Below, one piece after another: positions 48,659 through 58,267 of a stretch of 64,000 nucleotides of DNA. Within the stretch, counting starts at the first letter, position 1. Each line of letters starts with the position of its first letter. The DNA is from an uncultured bacterium. Its GTDB lineage: Bacteria > Patescibacteriota > Microgenomatia > Levybacterales > UBA12049. Where the stretch lies: contig CAWGXL010000002.1 of the NCBI GenBank assembly GCA_963826535.1, positions 96,654 through 160,653 on the forward strand, given 5' to 3'. The notes beneath the pieces are model-generated. The model was not told the origin of the DNA. It worked only from the letters and a program-made list of their open reading frames with translations, and searched no databases. A program made the position numbers and the translations under genes.

Positions 48659-48707
48659 AGGTGCATTATAACACGTCTTATAAGACTGTCAACGCCTGAG
48701 TTAATTT

Positions 48708-51113
48708 TTAACTTATAAGTAATTGAATATTGCTTGCACCGTCAATTCCCACATTAACATTTTTTCCTCTGGCAATTTCTCCTGTTAATTTTTGCTTGGC
48801 AATCAAGTCTTCAATATTATCTTGAATATAGCGTTTGATCGGTCTGGCCCCGAATTGCGGATCAAACCCTTCCTGGGCAATTTTTTCAATCACCGCCTCG
48901 TCGAAAGTTATTTTGATATCCTGCTTATCCAAGTCCATCGTTATTTTCTTAAGGAGCAAATTTACTACTTTTTTCACGTCTGACGGACTCAAGGGCTTGA
49001 AGGTAATAACACCATCAAAGCGATTTAATAATTCCGGTTTGAATATTTTTTCGGTTTGTAAGTGATCCAAAAGCCTTGTGTGAAATTTTTTATCAAGCAT
49101 AGTTCCTTTATTCACTTCTTGTCTTATAAATTCCGAGCCTGCATTTGAAGTGGCTATGATAAGGGCATTGTCAAAAGACACAGTTACTCCTTTGTTATCG
49201 GTTAACCTTCCATCATCAAAAACTTGTAAAAATAAATTAAGGATTTTAGGATGTGCTTTTTCAAATTCATCAAGCAACACAAGCGACGCAGGCGCGTCTT
49301 TAATTTTATCGGTTAATTCTCCTCTTTCATTTCCTTCGCCAGGTGGAGCTCCCAAAAGTCTTCGCATCCCAATCTCATCTGTATATTCACTCATATCCAG
49401 CCGTATCATCTTGCTCTCTCCTCCGTAATATAGATCCGCTAGCGCTTTAGTTGTTTCGGTTTTACCCACACCGGTTGGACCAAGGAAGAGAAAGGATATT
49501 GGTTTTTGAGACGTTGCCATACCTGAACGCGCTCTGCGCATAGCCTCAGCAATAGCAGTTACAGCTTCTTTCTGGTCAATGATCCGTTCATGTAATTTAT
49601 CTTCTAAATGGAGAAGTACATCTATTTCTTTCTTATCAGGCATGGCAATCGCCACATGCACCGTATCTTCAACATGTTTGACGATATGTTCTGCTAAGAC
49701 TATTTTTTTATTAATATGTTCAAAATTAGGTACAGCCGAAAGAGCAACTTTGTTTGCAACACTTTGGATCAAGGAAACTGCGTTCCCGGGCAGAGATTGA
49801 TCTTGAAAAAAGCGGTCTGCCAACTCTACCGCGCTATCAATTGCACGATAGCTTATGATGACTTTGTTCTTTTCTTCTATATCATGTGTTTTTTTCATAA
49901 CCATTTGGATGGCAGTATTTTTATCCGGTGGCTTGAGTTGTATAACTGTAAATACTTCTTTAAGTGGATTGCGATCCATATAAGATTTGTAATTTCCTGA
50001 AGATATTGTGGCTATTACCGGCAAATTACCGGATTTCAAATATGGCAGAAGCGCGCCGGAAATATCAAGATTGTAAGATGATGCTCCCATGATATTTTGA
50101 AGTTCAGGAATGTATAGAATTACATCAACCGCATGAGAAACTTCGGCGATTATTGTTTGTAAGCGTGTTTCAAGTTCATTTCGATTGCCTACCCCGGCAA
50201 TAAAAGTACCAAGCATAAGTTCTAATACACGGTGGTCATTTAGAAATGAAACAAGGTTGCCCTCAGCGCTGTTATATGCGAATGCTCTCACAATATTTTC
50301 TTTCCCACTGCCTGTATTTCCAACAAGGAGAACATTATTATTTTCAGCTCTTATCAACCCTTCTAATAGAGTCTTAAATTCTATTTCCCGGCCTGTGATC
50401 TGTGGTTTATTTTTATATGCTTCATAAGTGAAATTTTGAGTATATTTTTTGGTTTCAGGTGTCCAACCGGTTGTTAAGAAATCACCAATTCCTCCACCCG
50501 AAAAATGCAAACTGTGTTTTGGCGGGAATTCTTCGTCTGTGTATTCGGATCTTACCCAATAAAGTAAATTATTTAAATCATCTGTTTTTAATTGTTTGGC
50601 AAACAAGAGTTTACTTTCCGATTCGGTAAACATCAGATAAGCTATAAATATATCGAGTGTAGTAACAAATTTTCCTTTGAATGTTTTGGCAACCTCTAGT
50701 GCGCTTGAAGCAAGCGCCTGCGTTGCAAGAGCCTGCATAGCGATGTCCTTTTCGTTCATATTCGTTTTCTGCATAAAGCAGCGCACAGCCGGATATTTAA
50801 ATAATCTCCGAATAATTGCCGGCGTTGTGTTTTCGTTTAAAAACAGCGATAGGGCAGGCATAGTAAATGATTCATAGATTTTTTCACCGTTATTTTTATC
50901 AACTGTAAGTTTTGGGACAATTTTACTTATTTTATATCTGAAGAATATTTCGTTTATAAGAAATAGGTTTAGCAAAAATAAAGGAATTCGCAGAGACTCA
51001 TTTTGTGAAAATAAATATATTATAATTGAAATTAAAAAGAAGAAAATAAGCAAGCGAATTGACCTCACATATGCTTTGCGAAAAAATAAATTTAATTTTG
51101 TGTAAAGTTGCAT
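48708..51113 (-). CDS. Membrane-anchored ClpA/ClpB-like double AAA+ ATPase
   Basis: Two N-terminal TMs. AAA1 has GNTGSGKE and YIPE (degenerate). AAA2 has GPTGVGKT, LLDEFEKA, PELLNRFD, FGARP. Confidence 0.88.
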   Translation of the reverse strand: MQLYTKLNLFFRKAYVRSIRLLIFFFLISIIIYLFSQNESLRIPLFLLNLFLINEIFFRYKISKIVPKLTVDKNNGEKIYESFTMPALSLFLNENTTPAIIRRLFKYPAVRCFMQKTNMNEKDIAMQALATQALASSALEVAKTFKGKFVTTLDIFIAYLMFTESESKLLFAKQLKTDDLNNLLYWVRSEYTDEEFPPKHSLHFSGGGIGDFLTTGWTPETKKYTQNFTYEAYKNKPQITGREIEFKTLLEGLIRAENNNVLLVGNTGSGKENIVRAFAYNSAEGNLVSFLNDHRVLELMLGTFIAGVGNRNELETRLQTIIAEVSHAVDVILYIPELQNIMGASSYNLDISGALLPYLKSGNLPVIATISSGNYKSYMDRNPLKEVFTVIQLKPPDKNTAIQMVMKKTHDIEEKNKVIISYRAIDSAVELADRFFQDQSLPGNAVSLIQSVANKVALSAVPNFEHINKKIVLAEHIVKHVEDTVHVAIAMPDKKEIDVLLHLEDKLHERIIDQKEAVTAIAEAMRRARSGMATSQKPISFLFLGPTGVGKTETTKALADLYYGGESKMIRLDMSEYTDEIGMRRLLGAPPGEGNERGELTDKIKDAPASLVLLDEFEKAHPKILNLFLQVFDDGRLTDNKGVTVSFDNALIIATSNAGSEFIRQEVNKGTMLDKKFHTRLLDHLQTEKIFKPELLNRFDGVITFKPLSPSDVKKVVNLLLKKITMDLDKQDIKITFDEAVIEKIAQEGFDPQFGARPIKRYIQDNIEDLIAKQKLTGEIARGKNVNVGIDGASNIQLLIS

Positions 51114-51116
51114 AAG

Positions 51117-51446
51117 CTATAAGAATAATATTAATACAGTGGCTATAGGAAATATCAGAAAAGAAAAGATTACTACGAATTCAATTAAAATTAAAATGAG
51201 GAAAATAAAAATATTTGCTATAATCAATCCGGTCTTGACGAGTATTCCGATTGCTCGGGAGAATCCTACTAATCCTTCTCTATATTCATTCTTAAGAGGC
51301 TTAAAGTAAGTTTTAATGCATAGAGAGAGAGCTGATAATTGAATGAAATAATTATTTAATGATACAAAATATACCAACATATCCCGCGGAGCATCTATAT
51401 ACCAAAATTTTAAAAAAGTAAAAGATAACAGCCATGAATTATTCAT
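51117..51446 (-). CDS. Small membrane protein, probably co-transcribed with the Clp-like ATPase
   Basis: FWYIDAP, FKPLK, hydrophobic C-terminus, 3-nt gap to the next gene. Confidence 0.7.
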   Translation of the reverse strand: MNNSWLLSFTFLKFWYIDAPRDMLVYFVSLNNYFIQLSALSLCIKTYFKPLKNEYREGLVGFSRAIGILVKTGLIIANIFIFLILILIEFVVIFSFLIFPIATVLILFL

Positions 51447-51582
51447 AGGTCTTTTTAAGTATATACCCCTCAGCTTTCAAAATTCAAATTAAAAATACCT
51501 GAGAGTTACCCGGCTTTAGCTCCATGCGGATTAGCATAAAAATTTCAGGTATAATTTACAACTGAAGGTAGTTTTTAAGAAG

Positions 51583-53373
51583 CTATTTTAGCGAGCCTAA
51601 AAGTTGTTGAAGTAGTGCAAGAATCTTTGCTAGAAGCTCCATAATCATTTGTATAATGCCTGATTCCCCGCCGCCGCCTTTACGGGAAGTTTTTTGCAAT
51701 GAACTTGGCTCTGCTGAGCTTGGTTCTATTTTCTCATTAGGAACCGATGATGGTTGTTGACCGCTATCACCTGGGGATTTAAGCTCTGGTTGACCGTCTG
51801 GTGATTTAAGCGTTTGTTTATCGACTGGTTTTGTAGGAACATCCGTGGTACAGGGATCACCACTCAGACAGTAAAAGTTGGTGGGGGAAATGTAGGGCGA
51901 AGATGGGTTGGGACCTTGAGGGGAAGTAGGGTTGTTACTCTGTGTGGGAAGAGCTGCAGTTTCTGCCACTATTGCCTTGCCCGCGTTTATACGACCATAT
52001 TGCCAGTTTTGTCCTGTTCCGGTAATTTTGTCTGCAGTTTCAAACAACCGTTGTACAACAGATGTTGCAGAAGTTCCGTATGAAGATGACCAGATAAGTC
52101 CCACAACGCCTGCGACCATTGGTGTTGACATGGATGTTCCGCTGAGGTAATCATAGTTTGTCTTTAAACCAGGTTTTAATTGCTGTAGCTTATAAGAGCT
52201 TATTGGAAGTGTTGAATAAATAACACTACCCGGAGCTGCAACGTCAACCCATGTCCCATAAGTTGAGAATGAAGACAACGCGTCTTTATTATCGGTTGAG
52301 GCAACCGCGATAACATTTTCGCAGTGAGCGGGGTAGTTAACCGTTTTGTTACCAAAGTTTCCTGCCGCAGCAGCCATAATTACACCTTTGTCCCAGGCAT
52401 ATTTCACAGCTTCACATTTTATATCTTGTCCGCTAGTGCCTCCCAGGCTCATATTTATTACTTTAGCTCCATTATCTGCTGCCCAGATAATCCCTTCCGC
52501 AACTGCTGAATCAGGACCGTAACCTTCATCATCTAAGATTTTCCCGATTATTAGATTACACCCAGGACACACGCCGGCAGTACCCACGGAATTATTAGTC
52601 GCAGCTGCAATAATGCCGGCGATATGTGTTCCATGACCGAACCCGTCGTCAATTCCGGACCCGCTAAAATCTTTCTTGCCGGTAATTTTCGCGGAAAGTT
52701 CAGGCTGATTGGAGTCAATACCGGTATCAAGGACAGCGATTAAAATACCATTGCCGAGGGTAACATCCCAGGCTGGTTCTACGTTAATATCGGCATGCAG
52801 CGATCCCGCTTCCCCCTTAATGGTTTGTCCTGTATTACTCAACCCCCATTGCTGATTATAATCAGGATCATTTGGAACCAAAAATGCTTGATTTAGATAA
52901 TCAGGCTCTGCCACTTCTATTAAATTATCTTTTTTCAACTGTTCAAGTATGGCATCTCCCTGGCCCTCCGGCACTTGGATTACAAGTCTATTGATCGCAT
53001 CAATCCGTTTAATAATCCGGGCATTATATTTATTTAAGTGTTCATTTATTGATTGCTCGGATACTCCTGGCTTATATTTTATAATTATTTGATCTTCAAC
53101 CCGTGGGCTGGAAGGGGAGGGAGGTAATGGTATTGAAGGCACTGTGCTCGATGGAGGTTCAATTACCTTTTCCTCTTGCCTTAATACAGCCATTAGAATT
53201 ATGAGAAGTAGAAACGCTGCAACAACGAAAATAAGAATATATTTTTTGGAGGTTTTAGATTTTTGCCCATCACCCGGTGTAGTACTGTCAGGTACCTTGC
53301 TCTGTAGGTTACCCTCTGGTACCTGGCTTTGGTCTTGTGATTGTGGTTTTTCTTGAGTATTTATTTCTTTTAT
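51583..53373 (-). CDS. Membrane-anchored subtilisin (S8) serine protease
   Basis: AVLDTG, GHGTHIAG, GTSMSTPMVAG. The frame stays open upstream of ATG 53193 through a TM segment to an ATA at 53373. Confidence 0.88.
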   Translation of the reverse strand: MKEINTQEKPQSQDQSQVPEGNLQSKVPDSTTPGDGQKSKTSKKYILIFVVAAFLLLIILMAVLRQEEKVIEPPSSTVPSIPLPPSPSSPRVEDQIIIKYKPGVSEQSINEHLNKYNARIIKRIDAINRLVIQVPEGQGDAILEQLKKDNLIEVAEPDYLNQAFLVPNDPDYNQQWGLSNTGQTIKGEAGSLHADINVEPAWDVTLGNGILIAVLDTGIDSNQPELSAKITGKKDFSGSGIDDGFGHGTHIAGIIAAATNNSVGTAGVCPGCNLIIGKILDDEGYGPDSAVAEGIIWAADNGAKVINMSLGGTSGQDIKCEAVKYAWDKGVIMAAAAGNFGNKTVNYPAHCENVIAVASTDNKDALSSFSTYGTWVDVAAPGSVIYSTLPISSYKLQQLKPGLKTNYDYLSGTSMSTPMVAGVVGLIWSSSYGTSATSVVQRLFETADKITGTGQNWQYGRINAGKAIVAETAALPTQSNNPTSPQGPNPSSPYISPTNFYCLSGDPCTTDVPTKPVDKQTLKSPDGQPELKSPGDSGQQPSSVPNEKIEPSSAEPSSLQKTSRKGGGGESGIIQMIMELLAKILALLQQLLGSLK

Positions 53374-53718
53374 AGTTAATTATTAGTGTAATATACATTT
53401 TTAATCCTTGTCAACAGGAAGACTGTTAGCTGACAAAGTGCTCGATCAGTCACGGTTTTCAATCGTGGTTAAAACTACATATATTATAGTATCGAAAAAA
53501 TCATCAAACAATTTTACCGTATAATTGAATTTTTTAAGGCTTTTGAGTGCGACAACACAGACTTACATATCAAAGAAATTGCATTTATTAAAGTCTCAAT
53601 AAAAATCCGGTTGCAAAGCGGAATGTAGAAGATATAATATATAAATCTAAAACGAACGCGACCCATAACGGAAATTTGTGCGCTCAGGCAGAATCGCTAT
53701 TCTAAAAGATAATAAAAT

Positions 53719-55044
53719 ATGAATATTACTATTGAGCATATAGAAGATGCTGCAAAGAGATTGAATGGTGTTATTTCAAAAACTCCCTTGCAATTTTCCA
53801 AAAGATTATCGGAAAAATTTGGAGCAAAAATTTATCTCAAAAGGGAGGACCAGCAGGAAGTGCGGTCTTTCAAGATACGCGGAGCATATAATAAAATTGC
53901 TTCTTTAACGTCCATTGAAAGAAGAAAAGGAGTTGTCAGTGCCAGTGCCGGTAATCATGCCCAGGGAGTAGCATACAGTTGTTCAGCACTCAAAATAAAA
54001 GGGACAATTTTCATGCCCGTAATTACGCCGACTCAAAAAATTGACAAAGTAAAACATTTTGGCCGGGAATTTGTAGAAGTGCGCTTAGTTGGCAACACTT
54101 ATGATGACGCCAGTATTGCTGCACACAAATTTTGTGATGAAAAAAACGCAGTATACGTACATCCGTTTGATGACCCACTTATAATTGCCGGACAGGGAAC
54201 GATCGGTAAAGAAATCTTTAATTCCCTCTCCCTTGAGGGGCGGACAGAGCGAAGCGAAGGAGCCCGCCTGCTTGACAGGGGCGAAGAGGGTCAGGGTGAG
54301 GGTGGAAAGATAGGAGATAATTTAGTAGTTATCGCTGCGATTGGTGGAGGTGGACTTATTTCAGGTATATCTTCATATCTCAAACAAAAAAATCCCAAAA
54401 TCTCAATAATCGGTATTGAGCCTGAGGGAGCTGCTGCAATGCATGAGTCACTCAAGCATAAAAAATTAGTAACGCTTGAGAAAATTGACACATTTGTAGA
54501 TGGAGCCGCAGTTAGAAGAGTTGGAGAAACTACGTTTGAAATTTGTAAAAAATATGTGGAAAGTGTTTACGTAGTGCCTGAAGGATTGATTTGCTCAATT
54601 ATGATTGAACTATACCAAAATGAAGGTATTATTGCCGAGCCTGCAGGAGCGCTTAGTGTCTCAGCGCTATTAACTCTAAAAGAAAAAATAAAAGGAAAGA
54701 CTGTTGTCTGCATTCTTAGCGGAGGCAATAATGATCTTTTGCGTTATCCTGAAATTATGGAGCGAAGCCTGGTTTATCAGGGAAGAAAACATTACTTTAT
54801 AATAGAATTCACACAAAAACCCGGACATCTGCGTAAATTTGTAGATCAGGCATTAGGACCAAATGACGACATTGCGCGTTTTGAGTATATTAAAAAAACA
54901 AATAAAGAAAAAGGCGCTGCGCTTATTGGTATTGAACTGCAAGACAAGAAAGATTTAGAACCACTTTTAAAACGTATGAAAGCGATCGAGTTAAATTTCC
55001 GCATACTGACAAGCGAAGAACTTCTATACAAGTATTTGATATAA
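53719..55044 (+). CDS. ilvA: Threonine dehydratase (short form, single ACT domain) with an in-frame repeat insertion
   Basis: SFKIRGAYN, ASAGNHAQGVA, GGGGL, EPAGAL, LSGGNND. Confidence 0.93.
   Translation: MNITIEHIEDAAKRLNGVISKTPLQFSKRLSEKFGAKIYLKREDQQEVRSFKIRGAYNKIASLTSIERRKGVVSASAGNHAQGVAYSCSALKIKGTIFMPVITPTQKIDKVKHFGREFVEVRLVGNTYDDASIAAHKFCDEKNAVYVHPFDDPLIIAGQGTIGKEIFNSLSLEGRTERSEGARLLDRGEEGQGEGGKIGDNLVVIAAIGGGGLISGISSYLKQKNPKISIIGIEPEGAAAMHESLKHKKLVTLEKIDTFVDGAAVRRVGETTFEICKKYVESVYVVPEGLICSIMIELYQNEGIIAEPAGALSVSALLTLKEKIKGKTVVCILSGGNNDLLRYPEIMERSLVYQGRKHYFIIEFTQKPGHLRKFVDQALGPNDDIARFEYIKKTNKEKGAALIGIELQDKKDLEPLLKRMKAIELNFRILTSEELLYKYLI
54224..54302. repeat. GC-rich palindromic element inside ilvA
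   Basis: ccctctcccttgagggg...gaagagggtcagggtgaggg with an internal gagcgaagcgaaggagcccgcctg segment. Confidence 0.75.
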
Positions 55045-55072
55045 TTGTACAAATTCTTATTTAAATGTATTT

Positions 55073-55453
55073 ATGATCAAAGCAATTCATACAAACAAAG
55101 CTCCTGCAGCAATATATCCCTATTCACAGGCAATGGTAGCAAATGGATTTATCTTTTGTTCCGGTCAAATCGGTTTAAATCCGAAAAACGGCAATCTGGT
55201 AGTTGGATTGGAAAATCAGACTAGGCAGGTTATAAACAATTTAAAAGAAGTATTAAAAGCATCTGATTCTGACCTGGATTTTGTCGTAAAAACTACAATT
55301 TATCTAAAAAATATTTCTGACTTTATGAGTGTAAATTCTATTTACGGCGAATACTTTTCTACTCACAAACCCGCACGATCTACTTTTGAAGTTGCCGCTT
55401 TACCCAAAGGAGCCCTTATTGAAATAGATGCAATAGCAATTAAGAAAGAATAA
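55073..55453 (+). CDS. ridA: RidA/YjgF enamine deaminase
   Basis: APAAIYPYSQA, SGQIGL, PARSTFEVAALPKGALIEIDAIA. Confidence 0.92.
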   Translation: MIKAIHTNKAPAAIYPYSQAMVANGFIFCSGQIGLNPKNGNLVVGLENQTRQVINNLKEVLKASDSDLDFVVKTTIYLKNISDFMSVNSIYGEYFSTHKPARSTFEVAALPKGALIEIDAIAIKKE

Positions 55454-56357
55454 TTGCTCTCCAATCAGCTGCGAATCGCTGAATACCTGTAGTTGTAAGC
55501 TCATGTCTAATGTCAAGTTTATTTCCCTCTATTGCCCCCATAAACTCCGAAATTGTTTTGATTTTAATCAATTCCGGAGGCGGTTGCCAATAGGGTATAT
55601 CAGCAAGTCCTTTTGCATAAGCTTTCGCATCAAGCTCATTTTGTTGAATCTGAGAAAGCTTGAACCATTCGCGATACGCGCTTGCAGGAGCTGTTATGAT
55701 CTCAGCATTTAATTCAATACTTTGTTTGATATGCTCAACTTTTCGTAAAGATGAGGCAAGCATCCAAGTAATTGGCCCCTTTTCTTTAGTTAAAAAATGA
55801 CCTTTTATTTTCATGCCATTTTCTATAAGCCTTATACCATTCTGTCCTTTATCATCAAGCCTTCCGACAAACGGAGAAATAAATGGAGGCCATTGGTTTG
55901 AAGCATTTTTATTTGATTCTCTGATTATCCTCTCATGCAAATTGATCGCGAAAATTTGCTGTTGTGAGAATACAAGCGTATTATTGATCGGAATATTTTT
56001 TTCACGCAGCGATGAACGCGCCTTGAACCCTTCAAGTGTAGTTGGTAATTTTACGTAAATTCTTTTATCCCAACTTGCAATATCCTCCCCTTGTTCTATC
56101 ATCTCATCTGCGGTAGTTGATTCATCAGCATATACTTCGGCAGATACAGCGCCCGGAACCAATCCCAGAATTTCCATAACAATTTCCTTTTGCAATTCAA
56201 ATGCCTCACTTTGTCTAAGCTTGCGGTCTTTAAGCGTCTTTGCAATCAGAGTAGGATTGGTTGTAGCACCCCAGAGTCCAGAATTTTTTTCTTTGGCCAA
56301 TTTTGCTATTTCTTTATATTCCTGAACATCACCTGAATCGAGTAGAAACTTTGTCAT
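55440..56357 (-). CDS. Transaldolase-family protein
   Basis: FLLDSGD, TTNPTL, YVKLPTTLEG, NNTLVFS, SPFVGRLDD. Confidence 0.88.
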   Translation of the reverse strand: MTKFLLDSGDVQEYKEIAKLAKEKNSGLWGATTNPTLIAKTLKDRKLRQSEAFELQKEIVMEILGLVPGAVSAEVYADESTTADEMIEQGEDIASWDKRIYVKLPTTLEGFKARSSLREKNIPINNTLVFSQQQIFAINLHERIIRESNKNASNQWPPFISPFVGRLDDKGQNGIRLIENGMKIKGHFLTKEKGPITWMLASSLRKVEHIKQSIELNAEIITAPASAYREWFKLSQIQQNELDAKAYAKGLADIPYWQPPPELIKIKTISEFMGAIEGNKLDIRHELTTTGIQRFAADWRAIILS

Positions 56358-56418
56358 GAAATTATAATACCATTTTTGGGTATTGACATCAATTGTTTTG
56401 TGTTATAAATTATATTTA

Positions 56419-56979
56419 ATGTCTAGTTTAACTGATAGTTTAAAAAACGCTCTTTCATCTTTAGTTTCTGGTGCAGGAGATGTTGTTGGTACAACCCGCG
56501 ATGTAGCAAAAGACACAGTTGTTAAAACTGTGAAAGCAAGCGGTGATATTGCCACAACATCGGTAGACACAGCAGGAAATGTTGTCACCGAAGGAGTTAC
56601 AGTCGCTTCTCAAACTGGAGTATCTACAATTCAAGCAGTAACCGGTTTGGTTACCGGCGCAATTGAAGGAGTTAAAGAAGTCGGAGGAAATGTAGGCGGT
56701 GCAGCTACAGAAGTTTCCCGGGATGCGGTAAAAGGCGTTAAAGCAATTGGCGGAGATGTAGGAGAAGCAGCAGTATCTGCGGTTGTAGGTTCAATTCAAG
56801 CCGCCCGTGATATTGGAGCTGATACCGGAGAACTTGCGAAAGATGCAGTAATGGGTACGTTAAAAGCAGCTGACGAAATCGGAAGCGAAGCCGGAAGTAT
56901 AGTTCGAAAAGCCCTTCTTAATGCAGCTGCACTGCCTCATGATATTATTGACGCGCTTCTGACCGGTAAAAAAGAATAA
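56419..56979 (+). CDS. Gly/Ala/Val/Thr-rich repetitive helical protein
   Basis: Repeated GAIEGVKEVGG / DAVKGVKAIGG / GSIQAARDIGA units. Likely start is ATG 56419. Confidence 0.7.
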   Translation: MSSLTDSLKNALSSLVSGAGDVVGTTRDVAKDTVVKTVKASGDIATTSVDTAGNVVTEGVTVASQTGVSTIQAVTGLVTGAIEGVKEVGGNVGGAATEVSRDAVKGVKAIGGDVGEAAVSAVVGSIQAARDIGADTGELAKDAVMGTLKAADEIGSEAGSIVRKALLNAAALPHDIIDALLTGKKE

Positions 56980-56989
56980 AAAACTGCTT

Positions 56990-58159
56990 ATGGCAGAACA
57001 TATCCTCTACTTAGGTTATTGGTACCAAAGAACCTCGCTACATCTATCGGAAGTTTACGACTTTCTTAAATATGGTACAAGTCCCCTTAATTTAAACAAA
57101 GAGAAATTACAGCATTTACTTTCAGAAATGACTTTGAAAAAAGTTTCATTTACAATCGATATTTTAGAATATATCGAATTGGAAGCTGAAGATAATATAA
57201 AAATAAGATTTTACGAGGACGGTTTGGTAGTTATGGCAAAACCATTCCATAAAATCGAGGAAGCAAAAACACAACTTTCTGAATATTATGCAAATCGTTT
57301 TATCCCGGCCATCAGTTATCTTTTCAGTCTTGGTGCTCCTGTCCCCAAAGAATTGGCAAAAACAAAATCTACATACACCTATTTTTTGATCACACAACAC
57401 GCAAATAAAGAAGCAGTAGATATTTTACTCAAAGAATTGGGCGAGAAAGAATATTTTGAGTTTATGAACGAAGATATTGCAATCTACAGAGGAGACACTC
57501 ATTATGTGATCAACAGCAATAAAGATTTTGCAGGTATTGAACAATTGATAGAGATGTTTATTTTCTTTAGTGAATTTAAAGCACAGCTGCATCAATATCT
57601 CGATCTGCATAGGTCTGTTTGGGAAAAGATTGAGAAAATAAAAGAGCAAGGTGCTATTCTCGGCAGAAATATTGAAAAGCAGCGTCATGAACTTGAAAGT
57701 TACAAAAAAAGTATAGAACTTATTGATGGCCGAATGGAGCAAATGGGATTATATATTTCGACCAGGTCCAGTATTGTCCAAAAAAGCGGGTGGGGAGATG
57801 TTTTGACTAAGGTATTGGAATTTAAGTACGAAAATCTGCGCCACAATCTTGACTATGTGAAGTCATTATGGAAAATGACCAAACAATATGTTGATTCCGC
57901 TATACAACTTTTTAATGAGATAAATCAAACAAGTACCAAGTATGCTGTAAATGTACTGACGATTATCTCAAGCGTCGGTATCGTAGGAGTAATTCTCTCG
58001 CACCTTGTGAAAACAGAATATCCGCAAGTATCAAGTATCGGCATTTTTTACCTTTTACTACTTCTCTCAGTTTCGTTCTTTATCCACAGGTTTACTGGTT
58101 TTATCTTCAAGTCCATACGATACAAGATAAGCAATGTTGATTATAAAAAAGAGCTCTAA
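56990..58159 (+). CDS. Membrane protein with CorA-like topology
   Basis: Large soluble region, long helices and two C-terminal TMs. No GMN motif. Confidence 0.55.
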   Translation: MAEHILYLGYWYQRTSLHLSEVYDFLKYGTSPLNLNKEKLQHLLSEMTLKKVSFTIDILEYIELEAEDNIKIRFYEDGLVVMAKPFHKIEEAKTQLSEYYANRFIPAISYLFSLGAPVPKELAKTKSTYTYFLITQHANKEAVDILLKELGEKEYFEFMNEDIAIYRGDTHYVINSNKDFAGIEQLIEMFIFFSEFKAQLHQYLDLHRSVWEKIEKIKEQGAILGRNIEKQRHELESYKKSIELIDGRMEQMGLYISTRSSIVQKSGWGDVLTKVLEFKYENLRHNLDYVKSLWKMTKQYVDSAIQLFNEINQTSTKYAVNVLTIISSVGIVGVILSHLVKTEYPQVSSIGIFYLLLLLSVSFFIHRFTGFIFKSIRYKISNVDYKKEL

Positions 58160-58267
58160 CCACGCCTGCTTCCTTACTCATCTGTCAGGTTCCTGTCAAG
58201 TAGAAGTGGATCATCAGGGATATAATTTGGCTTATAGTATAGATATTGAGTTATTCTTAAATTTACT

